NCBI RefSeq assembly: GCF_006345805.1
Contig: NC_043004.1
Coordinates: 3,720,001 to 3,784,000 of the forward strand
DNA from: Octopus sinensis
Lineage: Eukaryota
Direction of reading: 5' to 3'
DNA length: 64,000 nt
In this document: one piece after another, positions 49,843 to 62,705 of the stretch
How the letters are laid out: each line of letters opens with the position of its first letter
Numbering within the stretch: position 1 is the first letter of the stretch
Program-made: the position numbers and the translations under genes
The notes under the pieces: model-generated
Told to the model about the DNA's origin: nothing
Databases searched by the model: none
Seen by the model: only the letters and a program-made list of their open reading frames with translations

Positions 49843-52800
49843 TCATCATCATCATCATCATCATCGTTTAACGTCCGCTTTCCATGCTAGCATGGGTTGG
49901 ACGGTTCAACTGGGGTCTGGGGAGCCCGAAGGCTGCACCAGGCCAGTCAGATCTGGCAGTGTTTCTACAGCTGGATGCACTTCCTAACGCCAACCACTCC
50001 GAGAGTGTAGTGGGTGATTTTATGTGCCACCGACACAGGTGTCAGACGAGGCTGGCGAACGGCCACGCTCGGATGGTGTTCTTTATGTGCCACCGACACA
50101 GGTACCAGACGAGGCTGGCAGACGGCCACGCTCGGATGGTGTTTGTTACGTGCCCACAGCACGGAGGCCAGTCGATGCGGTACTGGCTTCGGCCACGTTC
50201 GGATGGTTTTCTTATGTGCCACCGGCACTGGTACCACAAGATACAAATTCCATTGATGTTCATCTATTTTGATTTGGTTTGATTTTCACTTGCCTCAACA
50301 GGTCTTCACAAGTGTCACAAGAAGGAAGGTATGCACAGGTGGACTGATTACGTCCCAGGTAGGGGCCACGGGTTATGGCCTCACTAGTCTTGCCGGGTCT
50401 TCTCACGCACAGCATACTTCCATAGGTCTCGGTCTCTAGTCATTTCCTTGGTGAGACCTAAAGTTCGAATGTCGTGCTTCACCACCTCGTCCCAGATTTT
50501 CCTGGGTCTACCTCTTCCACAGGTTCCCTCAACTGCTAGGGTGTAGCACTTTTGCACACAACTATCTTCAGCCATTCTCGTCACATGACCGTACCAGCGC
50601 AGCCGTCTCTCTTGCACACCACAACTGATGCTTCTTAGGTTCAACTTTTCTCTCAAGGTACTTACACTCTGTCGATTATGAACACTGACATTACACATCC
50701 ATCGGAGCATACTGGCTTCATTTCTTGCGAGCTTACGCATATCCTCAGCAGTCACGGCCCATGTTTCACTACCATGTAGCATGGCTGTACGTACACATGC
50801 ATCATACAGTCTACCTTTTACTCTGAGCGAGAAGCCTTTTGTCACCAGCAGGGGTAAGAGCTCTCTAAACTTTGCCCAGGCTATTCTTACTCTAGCCGTT
50901 ACACTTTCAGCACACCCACCCCCGCTACTGACTTGGTCACCTAGGTAGCGGAAGCTATCAACTACTAGTTTGTCTCCCTGGAACGTGGTAGAAATTGGTC
51001 TCTGCACATTTCCAGTGTTTATTGCTCCTGAGCATCTGCCACAGACAAAAACTATTTTCCTAGTTAGCCTTCCTTTGACATTGCTGCACCTCTTATGTGT
51101 CCATAGCTTACACTTGGTGCACCTTATAGAGTTTCTACCTACACTTTTTTTACAGATCGAGCAGGGCCATCTACCTGAAGTCGTTTGTGATTGGTCCACC
51201 TTCCTACTTATTAGGACTTTGGTTTTGGCTAGGTTGATTCTAAGGCCCTTCGATTCTAATCCTTGTTTCCACACCTGAAACTTCTCCTCCAGTTCTGATA
51301 GTGACTCAGCAATTAGAGCAAGGTCATCAGCATAGAGGAGCTCCCAGGGGCATCCTGTCTTGAATTCCTCCGTTATTGCCCGGAGGACTATGATAAATAG
51401 GAGGGGACTGAGGACTGAACCTTGGTGGACCCCAACCTCTACCCGGAATTCTTCACTGTACTCGTTGCCAACCCTCACCTTACTAGCAGCGTCTCTGTAC
51501 ATGGCTCGCACAGCTCTCACTAACCATTCATCTATCCCTAGTTTCCTCATTGACCACCAGATAAAGGATCGGGGGACCCTGTCAAAGGCTTTCTCCATGT
51601 CAACAAAAGCCAGGTACAGGGGCTTCTTTGGCTAGGTATTTCTCCTGCAGCTGTCTTACCAGGAATATAGCATCAGTAGTACTTTTCCCTGGCACGAACC
51701 CAAACTGCATCTCATCTAAGCTAACTCTCTCTCTAATTAATTGGGCTATAACCCTCTCCGTAACCTTCATTACCTGATCCAGCAGCTTGATGCCCCTGTA
51801 GTTATTTGTATCTAGGGCGTCACCTTACCTTTGTAGCAGTTGACTATTATGCTGCTACACCAGTCATTGGGTATGACTCCTTCGTATCATCACCTGGTTA
51901 ACTGTACGGGTGACTATACTATAGCCGACACTACCAGATTTTTTGAGCATCTCTGTAGTAATTCCTGATGGGCCTGGGGCTTTCCCTGTTTTCATGCTTG
52001 TAATTGCCTTAACTACTAAGGAACTGTTAACTCTCGGATTGCTGGTCCCTCTGTTGGGTCGACATTCGCAGACTCTCTTTATCCCATTCATTTTCCTCAT
52101 TCAGCAACCTTTCATAGTGGCGTCTCCAAGCCTCTCTCTTTGCATCCTCATTTAGCGCAAGTGAACCGTCATCCTTGCGAACACATTTCTCTCCTACCAC
52201 GTCACGATTCTCTCTCACACACTGTCTTGCAACACGAAATACCTCAAGTCTTTCATCCTCACCGCGCAGGACATTGGCAAATTTTTTCTTATCTACTTCC
52301 CCTCTGGCTAGATAGACCTGTCTCCTAGCTTCCCTTCTGGCAGTCTGATACACTTCCCTCGTTCTTCCAGTCCTTCCAAGCCTGTTTCTTTTGTCTAATA
52401 GCCCTGTCAACAATATTGTTCCACCACCACGTTATTTTGGGTCTTAAGGGGACTTTGCACCAGCCACAGATCTAGTCAGTGGCTTTCAGCAGGTTGTCCC
52501 TCAGGAGCGTCCAGTTGTCTTCTACCCCATGCGTAGAAGGCTTCAAGTAACATGTCTCTAAATCTCTGTCCATTCGCAGGGTCTTTAAGCTTCCAGACCC
52601 TTCTTCTCCATGTTGGTCGTCTTCTAGTCGCCCTCTTAGTCCTGATCCTAAAGTCACTAACTACCAGTCTATGTTGTGGGGTGCATTCTTCGCCTGGGAA
52701 GGTTTTGGCATTTATAAGCAGCCATCTTTCCCTTTTTCTGGCAAGGATGTAGTCGATTTGGCTAGTATGCCGGCCCGATCGGTAGGTGACCAGGTGGCTT

Positions 52801-53150
52801 GTCGGTTTCCTGAAGTTAGTGTTGCAAACCATAAGACTATTCGCATCGCAGAACTCCAGCAGCCTGGTTCCCTCCTCGTTGCGGGAACCATAACCGTAGC
52901 CTCCATGTACGCCATGGAAGCCCCCAGCATGTCGTCCAACATGCCCATTGAAATCACCAGCCACAAAGAGAAGGTCCCTGTCGTTCGTCAATGAGGTGGT
53001 CTGCAGTAGGGTGTCATAGAAACTGTCTTTCTGTCCATCGGGTAGCCCTGGCTGAGGGGCATAGGCCGATATAATGGTTGCTAATCTATGATGAAGCACT
53101 ATTCTAATCTTAAGTATTCTGTCACTTACTCTGATTACCTCAATTACTTT
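49843..53150 (-). mobile_element. RTE-clade non-LTR retrotransposon, 5'-truncated, frameshifted (APE endonuclease + RT + 3' UTR + (GAT)n tail)
   Basis: ORF 52476-53210 has APE motifs (SAYAPQ, GDFNGHVG, SQIDYIL, QHRLVV). ORF 50384-51598 has RT motifs (EKAFD, GVHQGSVLSPLLF, YADD) and the RTE C-terminus (RLRWYGHV, GRGRP). Frameshifts lie at about 51600-52500. The 3' end is ...ggacgttaaac(gat)n. Confidence 0.95.
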
Positions 53151-53276
53151 ATACACATATATATACACATATATACATATACATATATATAATACATATA
53201 CATATAACATATATATACATTATACATATATATACATAATACATATATATACAATATATATATATATATATATATA

Positions 53277-53311
<35 letters not shown>

Positions 53312-53410
53312 CATATATACTCATAATATATATATATACATATATATATACATATATATATTATATATATACATATCATATATATATATATATATACATA
53401 CACCACACTC

Positions 53411-53441
<31 letters not shown>

Positions 53442-53489
53442 CACACACGTATATATCGCCTTAAATCAACTGTAAATAATAATTCATCT

Positions 53490-53680
53490 AAGCTGGCGAG
53501 CTGGCAGAAACATTAGCGCGCCGGGTGAAATGCTTAGCGCCATTCCATTTCGTCTGTCTCTACGTTCTGAGTTCAAATTCCGCCGAGGTCGACTTTGCCT
53601 TTCATCCTTTCGGGATCGATAAATCGACTGACTCCCTCCCCAAAAATTTCGAGCTTTGTGCCTAGAGTAGAAAAGAATAA
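53490..53680 (+). mobile_element. SINE family B
   Basis: ggcgagctggcagaaacattagc...cctttcatcctttcgggatcgataaat. Confidence 0.8.
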
Positions 53681-56600
53681 TATTTCATCTGTCAGTGTTC
53701 TCCATTAGCAACCCCATTTTTTTTATATTTTGCCTACACAATGGAACGTAGTGAGTAGCAAAGAAGATCAGCTTCTTCCAAATATACATACACACAATTA
53801 CTCCAAACGTGGGTGCGCGCGTGCATTTGAAAATGAAATGGATTTTCTAAAAATATAAATTATTATTTTAAAATACGTTTTTTTTTTTAAAAAAAAGATC
53901 AAATTAACACAGACCGGACAGACGTTTTGTGCAAACATTTTACCAGATAACATTTGTTTCAAAAACTGGAAACAGTGAAAAGCGCTTACACACAAAAACT
54001 TCCTTCCATCATGTCTGTGTCAATCTGCCTTTCTTTTAAAGATTTTTAAATATAATTAGCAATTTTTGATTTAATGACTTTTTTCAAATATTGTGACTGT
54101 TATGAGAATTTTTCCTAAAATTTTACATATATATAACTTGCAAATGCTTACTGCGCAGTTCCTGTCTATCAAAAATTTCACTGAGAAGATAGTAATTAAC
54201 TTGAGGCTATGGTAAAAGACAGCTAATATGCCAAGAAGTGGAATGGAATCTAGAGCCTGTAATTCCAGGACGTCTTAATCACATGGGTGGGTTCAAATCC
54301 TCCTACGGAATTCCCTCACATGAAGGGGCAATAGTCTGCAGTGGGAGTGGATGGTTACGAAATCTACCAAAGTAGCATCACAGGAAACTTTGTTGTTTTG
54401 TTTCACGAGAAAAATAAGTTTTTATATTCAGAAAACATAAAATGCTGGACCTTAAGGAAATAAAGCAAGCCAATGATATTTTCAGAAATACACAATGAAA
54501 CACTCAAATGTTACAAATGCTTTCAGGACAAAAGAGAAGAGAATCGCCAAATAAATGTTAACATAGATTTATTATTTCATAAAGTTTTCTAATAATAATA
54601 ATAAAAACAAGTTCAGTTCTGCAAAACAAAAATGAGAAACATCCCAAAGTTACAGACGTTGGATCTTTCAGATGAGTTCTCATCAACATCACACAGTAAT
54701 TATTACGGCCATGCTGAAGCACTGCCAAGTCTTTATTTTATTCACTTTTGTTTGTTTCGGTGGGGAGAGGCATGTCTTTATTGTTAATTACTAATTACCT
54801 TTTTTTTTTCTATCACCAGAAACTTGGCCTTTGGATTCCGTTGGGTTATGTTCTTAGTAAAAGTAACAGGTTACTTCTTTCTTCAGCTTTGCTTAAACCT
54901 TTCCCCCCTTTTTTTTTTAGGGCCAGGAGGGAATTGGAAGAAGACCAAACATGGGCGAGATGTCAACCATTTTAACAGACTATTCTTTTTATTTAATAAC
55001 TTGTCTCTAAAAACTGTAACAGCTCAGACCACCCAGCTGTAAACAAGTACCACATAGTAAGAACAACAACCTTGTAAACTTAAATTATTCCTTACTTTGC
55101 GGTGATGAGCTCAAATTCTCCTGCAAGATGGTGAAGATTAGCTCCAGTGATCTGACGTTTCTTATATCATTCAAAAGTAATGCCTTTAAGTGGTGGTACC
55201 CAGGCGCAATGTTTTGGAGGAATATCAGTTTTATTTTAAAGAAAGTGACAACTGAGTGAAACAACTCACTGAAAGGTCAGCGGGTCATTTTTTGTGTCCA
55301 TAGCAAAAATACTCAACTCTCAATGGCCCAGTCCACTACGCACAGTGGCTCCATCTTACAACTGTAAACAGCAAAAGAGCACTATAAAACTGATGAGTGT
55401 TCCTTTAAGCTTGCAAAGCTGAAAAATCGACTGCTAATGGATAAAGCTTGGTGAGGGATGGGACTCACCCCTCTCTAGCTTGCTCTTTTGTTCAGCATAA
55501 AAAATGGGATCGAGGAATCCCCATATTCATTCAGATCCCTGTTGTCTTCAGGGATGAAATAGTGGAGACAATTCCAAAGAAATCTTCAGAAACCTAAGAA
55601 GTTTATGAAGTTTGTTTTCAAGTACAATTTCAATGCATGCACATCACCACATCAACATCCCTATTATCAATGCAGTCTTTAAAGTGCTTTAAGCATGCAG
55701 AGAGTAAAATAATTTAGAATTTTAAGTGAAGCAAAGACCATGGAATTCATCTTAGCATTTCTAATATTATTATTATTATTATTATTATTGATGCTGGTTA
55801 AACTGTTGATGATGTTTGTTGTTGGTGCAATGCCTTGCTCTTTATTAAATACCAGCTTGAAACAGAGAGGTAGAAAACAAAACAAATAAAAAAACATAAA
55901 TGGCTTCAAGACATTTATGGTGTTTAATGGAGAAGAGTGAAACCTCCCCAAGGTGAGGAAGTCTGTCTGTTTATCACAGGTAACATTATTCAGAGAAAGA
56001 ATACAAGCAATGCTGAATTAAGTGTATGGCCAACAATACAACAAAAAGACCACTTGTGGACAGGAAGATTTGATACACAGGAAAAGGCAATCTGATATGA
56101 TATCCACAGAGCCATTTCTCCTCTCCACACAACATGAAGATGGCTCAAAAAGAAAGAATTTCATGGAGATAAAAAAAAAACAAAAAAAAAAGATTTGGCG
56201 TTGTTGTGCCTCCAGAGTAACTACCTACCTGTTCAAGTGAAAATTAGAGGTCAAGATTTTACACTTGTAGGAAACAAGATGAACCCTTAACCCTGCCTTA
56301 AAGAACATGTCGACCTTTTATGGACATTCAGTGGAGCAGTAACCTGGTTTTATGTTGCCGTTTGTTGATAAAGAAAGCAGAGTGAAGAGCTTTGGCTGTG
56401 AGATTATGCTTTTAGACAAATAACTGACAACATTGTAACAGGTCTGAGCCTTACTGCAGCAGCCTCTTGGACAAATTATATAAATATAATTGGCCTAAAT
56501 ATACCTGGGTTACAGATTCCACAGCAATTTTATAATCAAATGGTTTAGATAAGGCGTTCTGCAGTAAAAACTTTTCTCTCTATAATATCAAAATCTACAA

Positions 56601-57147
56601 ATTTCTAATCAAAAAAAGAAAAGAAAAATACATTTTATTAGCATGGAATACATACTGCAAAGGTAAAGAAAATGGTAAGTTACTAAACGTATGACAAAAT
56701 ATATTTCTTCACTCTAACTTTGCTTGAACATGTAAAATTGTTTGTAAAGCTTTAAGAAACCACTTCCCTGTGTGTCCTGGCAGGTAATAATGACATTTTG
56801 TTCGTTTTTACACAGAAATTTTGTTAAGACACAAAATATATATAATATTTACATCAGTAAATTTATAATGAAGTAAAGCTCTCGAAATATAACACTGTTC
56901 TGTGTGAGGTATAATCTACACACTTGAAATTAAGGTGAGGTGGGGGTATATGATCCCCCAAATGAATGAACAATCAATCAATCAATGACTACAACATACC
57001 TGAGATTAAATTAGATTGGAATTGAAGAAATGAAAAATAAGGAATGGTCTCTAAAGGTGTATTGCCTCGTATATTTACAAAACAAAAATTTTTTTTTAAA
57101 TTAAATTAAGAGTAAAAGATGACATTCTCTAGTGAACAATGTGACTG

Positions 57148-57203
<56 letters not shown>

Positions 57204-57495
57204 ATTAGCTGAATCTGCAGTGTGTGTGTGTATATACAGGGTGCAATGGGTAAATTGTCGCTATTCTATATTTTTAATTTCACACATGTGCATGGTTTTT
57301 TTTTGATTTTGTCGACTACACAGTATAGTAGGGTCAGTTGGGTACTGTCTGTGAGAAAAACAGCCCCCATGACACAATTCACTCTGCCAGAAATTTGGAA
57401 ACAACATGCTGTACTGCTTGGCAATTTGCACCAGAAGCTCCAATACAAACATTCCTCTGTATGTGTGTATATATATATATATGCATGTGTGTGTG

Positions 57496-57537
<42 letters not shown>

Positions 57538-58399
57538 ATATATATATATATAGCATTTTTGTGCATGCGTGTGTATACATATCTATATACACACATTACA
57601 TGGATAAAATGTGAGCATACATTTATATAGTTATGTGTATGCATGTGTATATATATATATATGACATATAATTACATAGATAATACTGTGTGGAAGTGTA
57701 TACATATATTTGCACTGTGTGTGTATACACACACACACACACATACATATATATATATGCACATGTGTATAATGATGCATAAATTCATGTACAAAGAGGT
57801 GAACAGAGGCAATAATATGTGTGTATATACACACGTGTGTGTGTACATATATGTGTGGGTGTATACATACATATATATATGTATATATACAGAAACAGAC
57901 CCACACAGCTGGCACATGTAGTTAAACTTTTTACACATAAAATACATAAAGAGATGAGAGGATTCCCCATGTATATCTTTCTGATGGTAAATGTAGCAAC
58001 CAAATACATGTTTGTGCCCATGTGCGTGTGTTTACATGCATATTTACACTGATTTCAAAAACTACTCTAAACTGAATTAAAGCACATATCTACACAACCT
58101 TATATGAAATGTGTGATTCTCACTTCAGTGTCTGTCATATTATTAATTAGCAGACATTAACAGAGTCACTGAAGGGGCCGAGAGACTTGTGCATACGGCA
58201 CTTATTGAAATTAGTTTGGTAAATGCCAATACACCAAACTGTTGCAACAGGAGGCACTCAGTAATTTCTGCTGATTAATAAAAACATATCCATGTTTTTA
58301 CTCCTTTTTCTGTGTATATATATATTACCAAACAAATGTGTATATATCATCATAATCATCATCATCGTTTAACGTCCGCTTTCCATGCTAGCATGGGTC

Positions 58400-58465
<66 letters not shown>

Positions 58466-58956
58466 CATACATACACATATATTTGTGTATATATATATAT
58501 AAAGATGTATGTGTGTGTGAATATGCATGTATGTGTACATATATATATATATATGTCCATGTGTGTATATACATATATATGAATGCATGTGTAAATATGT
58601 ATATATATACATATATATGAATGCATGTGTAAATATGTATATATATATACATATATATGAATGCATGTGTAAATATGTATATATATATATATATATATAT
58701 ATGCAGGTATATACACACACACACACAATTTTTTTTTTGTGTGCCAAAATATTAAAGTGATTAACACGTGAAAGTGTTAGAAAGTAAAGTCTTCGATATG
58801 TGCAATATTTCAGCCACTAAATCCAAACAGCAGATATGCACAGATAATCCCTTTAGATGCCTGAAAAGGACAGACACCTGCATGGAACCAGGCAATGGAT
58901 AATTCATCTATTAGCCCCAATATGTGCATGTATTTGAGATATATATATATACACAC

Positions 58957-59009
<53 letters not shown>

Positions 59010-59292
59010 CAAAAAGGCAGGCAGCAGTATGTTAAAATGTTTACGTAGCCACATCTCTCATTGAGAAACAGTGAAAGCTCGAAGCAATAAAAGTGATAGA
59101 ATGGTGCCTTGTTCTAAAATTTGAAGATTTGTGTGTATGTGTGTGTGTGTGTGTGTGTGTGCATATATAAATATGTGTGTACACATGCAGTGTACGGTTG
59201 AGGGGGGAAAAAAGGATTTTAAATGTTTAGAAAATAAAGACTGAATTGAAATGAGGGAAAGAAGCTAAATGTTAAAGAAGAAAAAGAAGATA

Positions 59293-59373
59293 CTAGGAAG
59301 AGAGAACATCTTCCATGTAATCGAAAGGTGTGTCGGGTTGAGAAAGTGTTTTGTCTGTCGTGAGGTCAGCAAG
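59293..59373 (-). CDS. CEP43: CEP43/FGFR1OP-like, terminal coding exon
   Basis: Long pyrimidine tract ttttcttcttcttttccag. Phase 0 reads LADLTTDKTLSQPDTPFDYMEDVLSS*, resembling the FOP C-terminus LDDLTQDLTVSQLSDVADYLEDVA. Upstream exons were not found in the window. Confidence 0.85.
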   Translation of the reverse strand, partial: LADLTTDKTLSQPDTPFDYMEDVLSS

Positions 59374-59498
59374 CTGGAAAAGAAGAAGAAAAATACAAAA
59401 ACATTTGAAGACAAAAGTAAATAAACAAAAAAAATGAAAGAGAAAGTGTTAAAGTTTTCTTTCTTTCTTCAATTACGAAATTCCAATTAATTAAGAAT

Positions 59499-60114
59499 CA
59501 TCATCATCATCATCATTTAACGTCTGCTTTCCATGCTAGCATGTGTTGGACGGTTTGACTGAGGGCTGGCAAACCAGATGGCTGCACCAGGCTCCAATCT
59601 TGGTCTGGCAGAGTTTCTACAGCTGGATGCCCTTCCTAATGCCAACCACTCCGAGAGTGTAGTGGTTGCTTTTACGTGCCACCGGCATGGGGGCCAGTCA
59701 GGCGGTACTGGCAACGACCTCGCTTGAATCATTTTACACATGCCACCGGCACAGGTGCCAGTAAGGTGATGCTGGTAATGATCCCGCTTGAATGGTGTCT
59801 TTTACGTGCCACCGGCACGGAGGCCAGATAGCTGCTCTGGCAATGATCACACTCGGATGGTGCTCTTATTACCCTACTAGCACGGGGCTTGAGTGCTAGT
59901 AAGGCGACACTGGTAACGATCACGCTCGAACGGTGCTCTTAATACCCTACTAGCACGGGGCTCGAGTGCCAGTAAGGTGACACTGGTAACGATCACGCTC
60001 GAATGGTGCCTTTTAAGTGCCACTGGCGCGGAAGCAAGTTAGCTGCTCTATCAATGATCACACTCGTATGGTGCTCGTGCCCGTCATCGAATTTCACTTT
60101 GATTTTGATTTCAC
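59499..60114 (-). mobile_element. RTE 3'-UTR-only insertion with a 24-bp target-site duplication
   Basis: TSD acgaaattccaattaattaagaat at 59475-59498 and 60115-60138; (GAT)n tail; six ~65-bp internal units. Confidence 0.88.
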
Positions 60115-60401
60115 ACGAAATTCCAATTAATTAAGAATATTTTGCAAAAAGCACAAACTACAACAAGCCCTAGACTTATCATCTTTACAATGTTTTAATT
60201 GCATGTTAGTTACGACAGCCACCAGAAGTAAGCAAAGCCAAATTCTTTGGTTACTCTGCAATATTTCTGATTCCCATCCCATTACACAGTGGCACTAGAA
60301 TGCTTAATCTTAACTTTTTGGAACCAAAGAATCTACTGATTCCATTTGCTATTTAAATGACAAGACTTTGTGGAACGACGGCCACAACATGTTTGTAAGT
60401 T

Positions 60402-60625
60402 AGGGCGGAAAGCTGGCAGAAACATTAGCACACCAGGCAAAATGCTTAGTGGTATTTCATCTGTCTTTATGTTCTGAGTTCAAATTCTGCTGAAGTTAAC
60501 TTTGCCTTTCATCCTTTCAGGGTCAATTAAATAAGTACCAGTTACGCACTGGGGTTGATGTAATCAACTTAATCCCTTTGTTTGTCCCCTCTACGTTTAG
60601 CCCCCTGTGGGCAATAAAGAAATAA
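60402..60625 (+). mobile_element. SINE family B (in CEP43 intron)
   Basis: Same motifs. Confidence 0.8.
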
Positions 60626-60702
60626 ATCTTTATAAGTTTGAATGAAGTAACATTGCTCAGCAGATACAATACAGCATCAACAGCTCATGTTGTTTCATTC
60701 CA

Positions 60703-60965
60703 TCATCATTGTTTCGTTTAACGTCCATTTTCCATGCCAGCAGGGGTTGGACGATTTGACTGAGGGCTGGCAAACCAAATGGCTGCACCAGGCTCCAATC
60801 TGATCTGGCAGGTTTCTACAGCTAGATGCCCTTCCTAATGCCAACCACTCCAAGAGTGTAGTGGGTGCTTTTACATGCCACCGCCACGAGGGCCATTCAG
60901 GCGGTACTGGCAACGGACACGCTTAAATGGTGCTTTTTACATGCCACCTGCACAGGAGCCAGTCC
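60703..60965 (-). mobile_element. RTE 3'-UTR fragment
   Basis: catcatt..tttaacgtccattttccatgc...gatgcccttcctaatgccaacc...tgccacc units. Confidence 0.8.
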
Positions 60966-61386
60966 AAAATGGTGGACATAAGTGGAAAGCTCACGCAGGG
61001 AAATTACCAATGAGAGACAGATGGAAGACACAAACATTCTGTTTAGAAGTAAATTTATCCCTCATCTGCTTGAGATGCTCTTATCAAGTGACACAGTGAA
61101 GAGAGTCTCTAATTGGTAGGCTGACATTCTAGAAATAGCAGGCAAATCATCATAGCACACCTAACAGGATAATGGGCCCTCAATATATTTACTCCTACAA
61201 AGACGGGATCCTCACAACTTCTACCACAAAGGCTTTTGATCATACTTAACAAAACACAAAATTCTTGGTTTTCTTTCCAACGGATGTTCACAATAGCAGG
61301 TCAGCACGGAATGTGCAACCACAAGTTTTCTAAATAAAATAAATATTAAAAAAAAAAAAGAATCAAAAACAGAAATGATGACTTAC

Positions 61387-61501
61387 TTCGCTGTTTTCGC
61401 TTTTGGACAATTCTTGAGACAGATCCAGTTCTTCTTCGATTTCTTCAACAATACTGCCACCAGTTATTTTGACTTTTCCTTCAAATCTGCTTCTGTTGGT
61501 G
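61387..61501 (-). CDS. CEP43: CEP43/FGFR1OP-like, penultimate coding exon (115 bp, phase 2 to 0)
   Basis: Acceptor ttttgttcag and donor |gtaagt. Only one frame is open: TNRSRFEGKVKITGGSIVEEIEEELDLSQELSKSENSE, resembling FOP SHRS...SIGEEIEEDLS. Confidence 0.82.
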
Positions 61502-62087
61502 CTGAACAAAATTGGAAAACAAATGTGGCAAGTTGAGATCCATCTTCAGACATTTAAGACGAATGGAACTTTTAACAAATATAAAACAAAGGTTAAGATG
61601 TTGGATGAGTGACAAGATGGCCGTGACTTGAAACTTTGGTCAGTTGGGGATTCTTCACAATCTCACACACATTGCACTACTGACCACAGAGTAACATTGT
61701 AATTCTGTCTCCCAGATCAAGATTGTCGACAAAAGAAGGCTGACCAAGTGATTGGCAATGAGTCACTCACATGTATTAACCATTCACTCACAGACTTACC
61801 GTTTCTTCTTCTTCTTCTGACCTAACTAAATAATCCCTCCTCTTCCTCCACCTCTCTTTTCCTCCAACTACTCCAATTGTCTCATCATACCACATCAAAC
61901 CCTCAACATTTGACCCAATCCTTTCTTTCTCCCCACAATGCCTCCCCCTGAAATTCCTTCCTCCACAGACATCAACCAATCAAGGACACCTTGCAAATCT
62001 CATGGACAATGAAACCCACCCCGCCACGCCCTGCCCTGCCCCCACACGTCTCCGTAAAACCCAGAAGCATGTCATGTTTCTACTTAC

Positions 62088-62202
62088 TCTTCACTGGCAA
62101 AATCTTCATCATAGTCATCATCATCATCATCATCATCCTCAGTCGTAGTCGTGTTGGTGGTGGTAGTGGTAATATTGTTCTTGTCACTTCCAGAAGCTTC
62201 CA
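62088..62202 (-). CDS. CEP43: CEP43/FGFR1OP-like centrosomal protein, antepenultimate coding exon (115 bp, phase 1 to 2)
   Basis: Acceptor tttcctcttcag and donor GA|gtaagt. Reads [38 protein letters not shown](D). The DDYDEDFxS matches the DDYVDDFNS segment I recall from the human FOP C-terminus. Splices in frame to the next exon. Confidence 0.8.
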
Positions 62203-62446
62203 CTGAAGAGGAAAAAAAAAAATTTTATTTCAACAGATTTAATTTGAGAAATGGATCAAAGTAGAAATCTATAAAACTCTCAATAACTCGATTTGTGATC
62301 AATATAGATGCTGTAAGAATTAATCATCAATAACCACAGATGCTCTAAGAATCGAGTTGGCAAATGTGTCCAGTGGTCAATAGGTTAATCCAGGAAAACT
62401 AAAAACGGACAGAAACAAGTACCAAACAGCAGCAGCAGCAGTGTGT

Positions 62447-62705
62447 TTCATCATCATCATCATTTAACATCCATTTTCCATGCTGGCATAGGTTGGACAG
62501 TTTGACTGAGGTCTGGAGAGCCAGCAGCTGCACCAGGCCCCAATCTGATCTGGCAAGGTTTCTACAGCTGGATGCCCTTCTTAACGCCAACCACTCCAAG
62601 AGTGTAGTGGGTGCTTTTTACGTGCCACCAGCACAGGAGCCAGTCAGGCGGACCTGGCATCGACCACATTTGGATGGTGCTTTTTACGTGCCACCAGCAC
62701 AGGAG
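62447..62705 (-). mobile_element. RTE 3'-UTR fragment
   Basis: Same motifs with two internal units. Confidence 0.8.

Noticed and set aside
50000-50240. Assignment of the RTE UTR units to pistol, twister or HDV ribozyme classes
   Set aside because: Some motifs match (P1 + AAA, GCG, GU), but P2 and pseudoknot order could not be built by eye. Left unclassified.
59660-60075. Repeat-spacer-like array suggesting CRISPR
   Set aside because: The units lie in an RTE 3' UTR, the variable parts are homologous to each other, the DNA is eukaryotic, and there are no cas genes.
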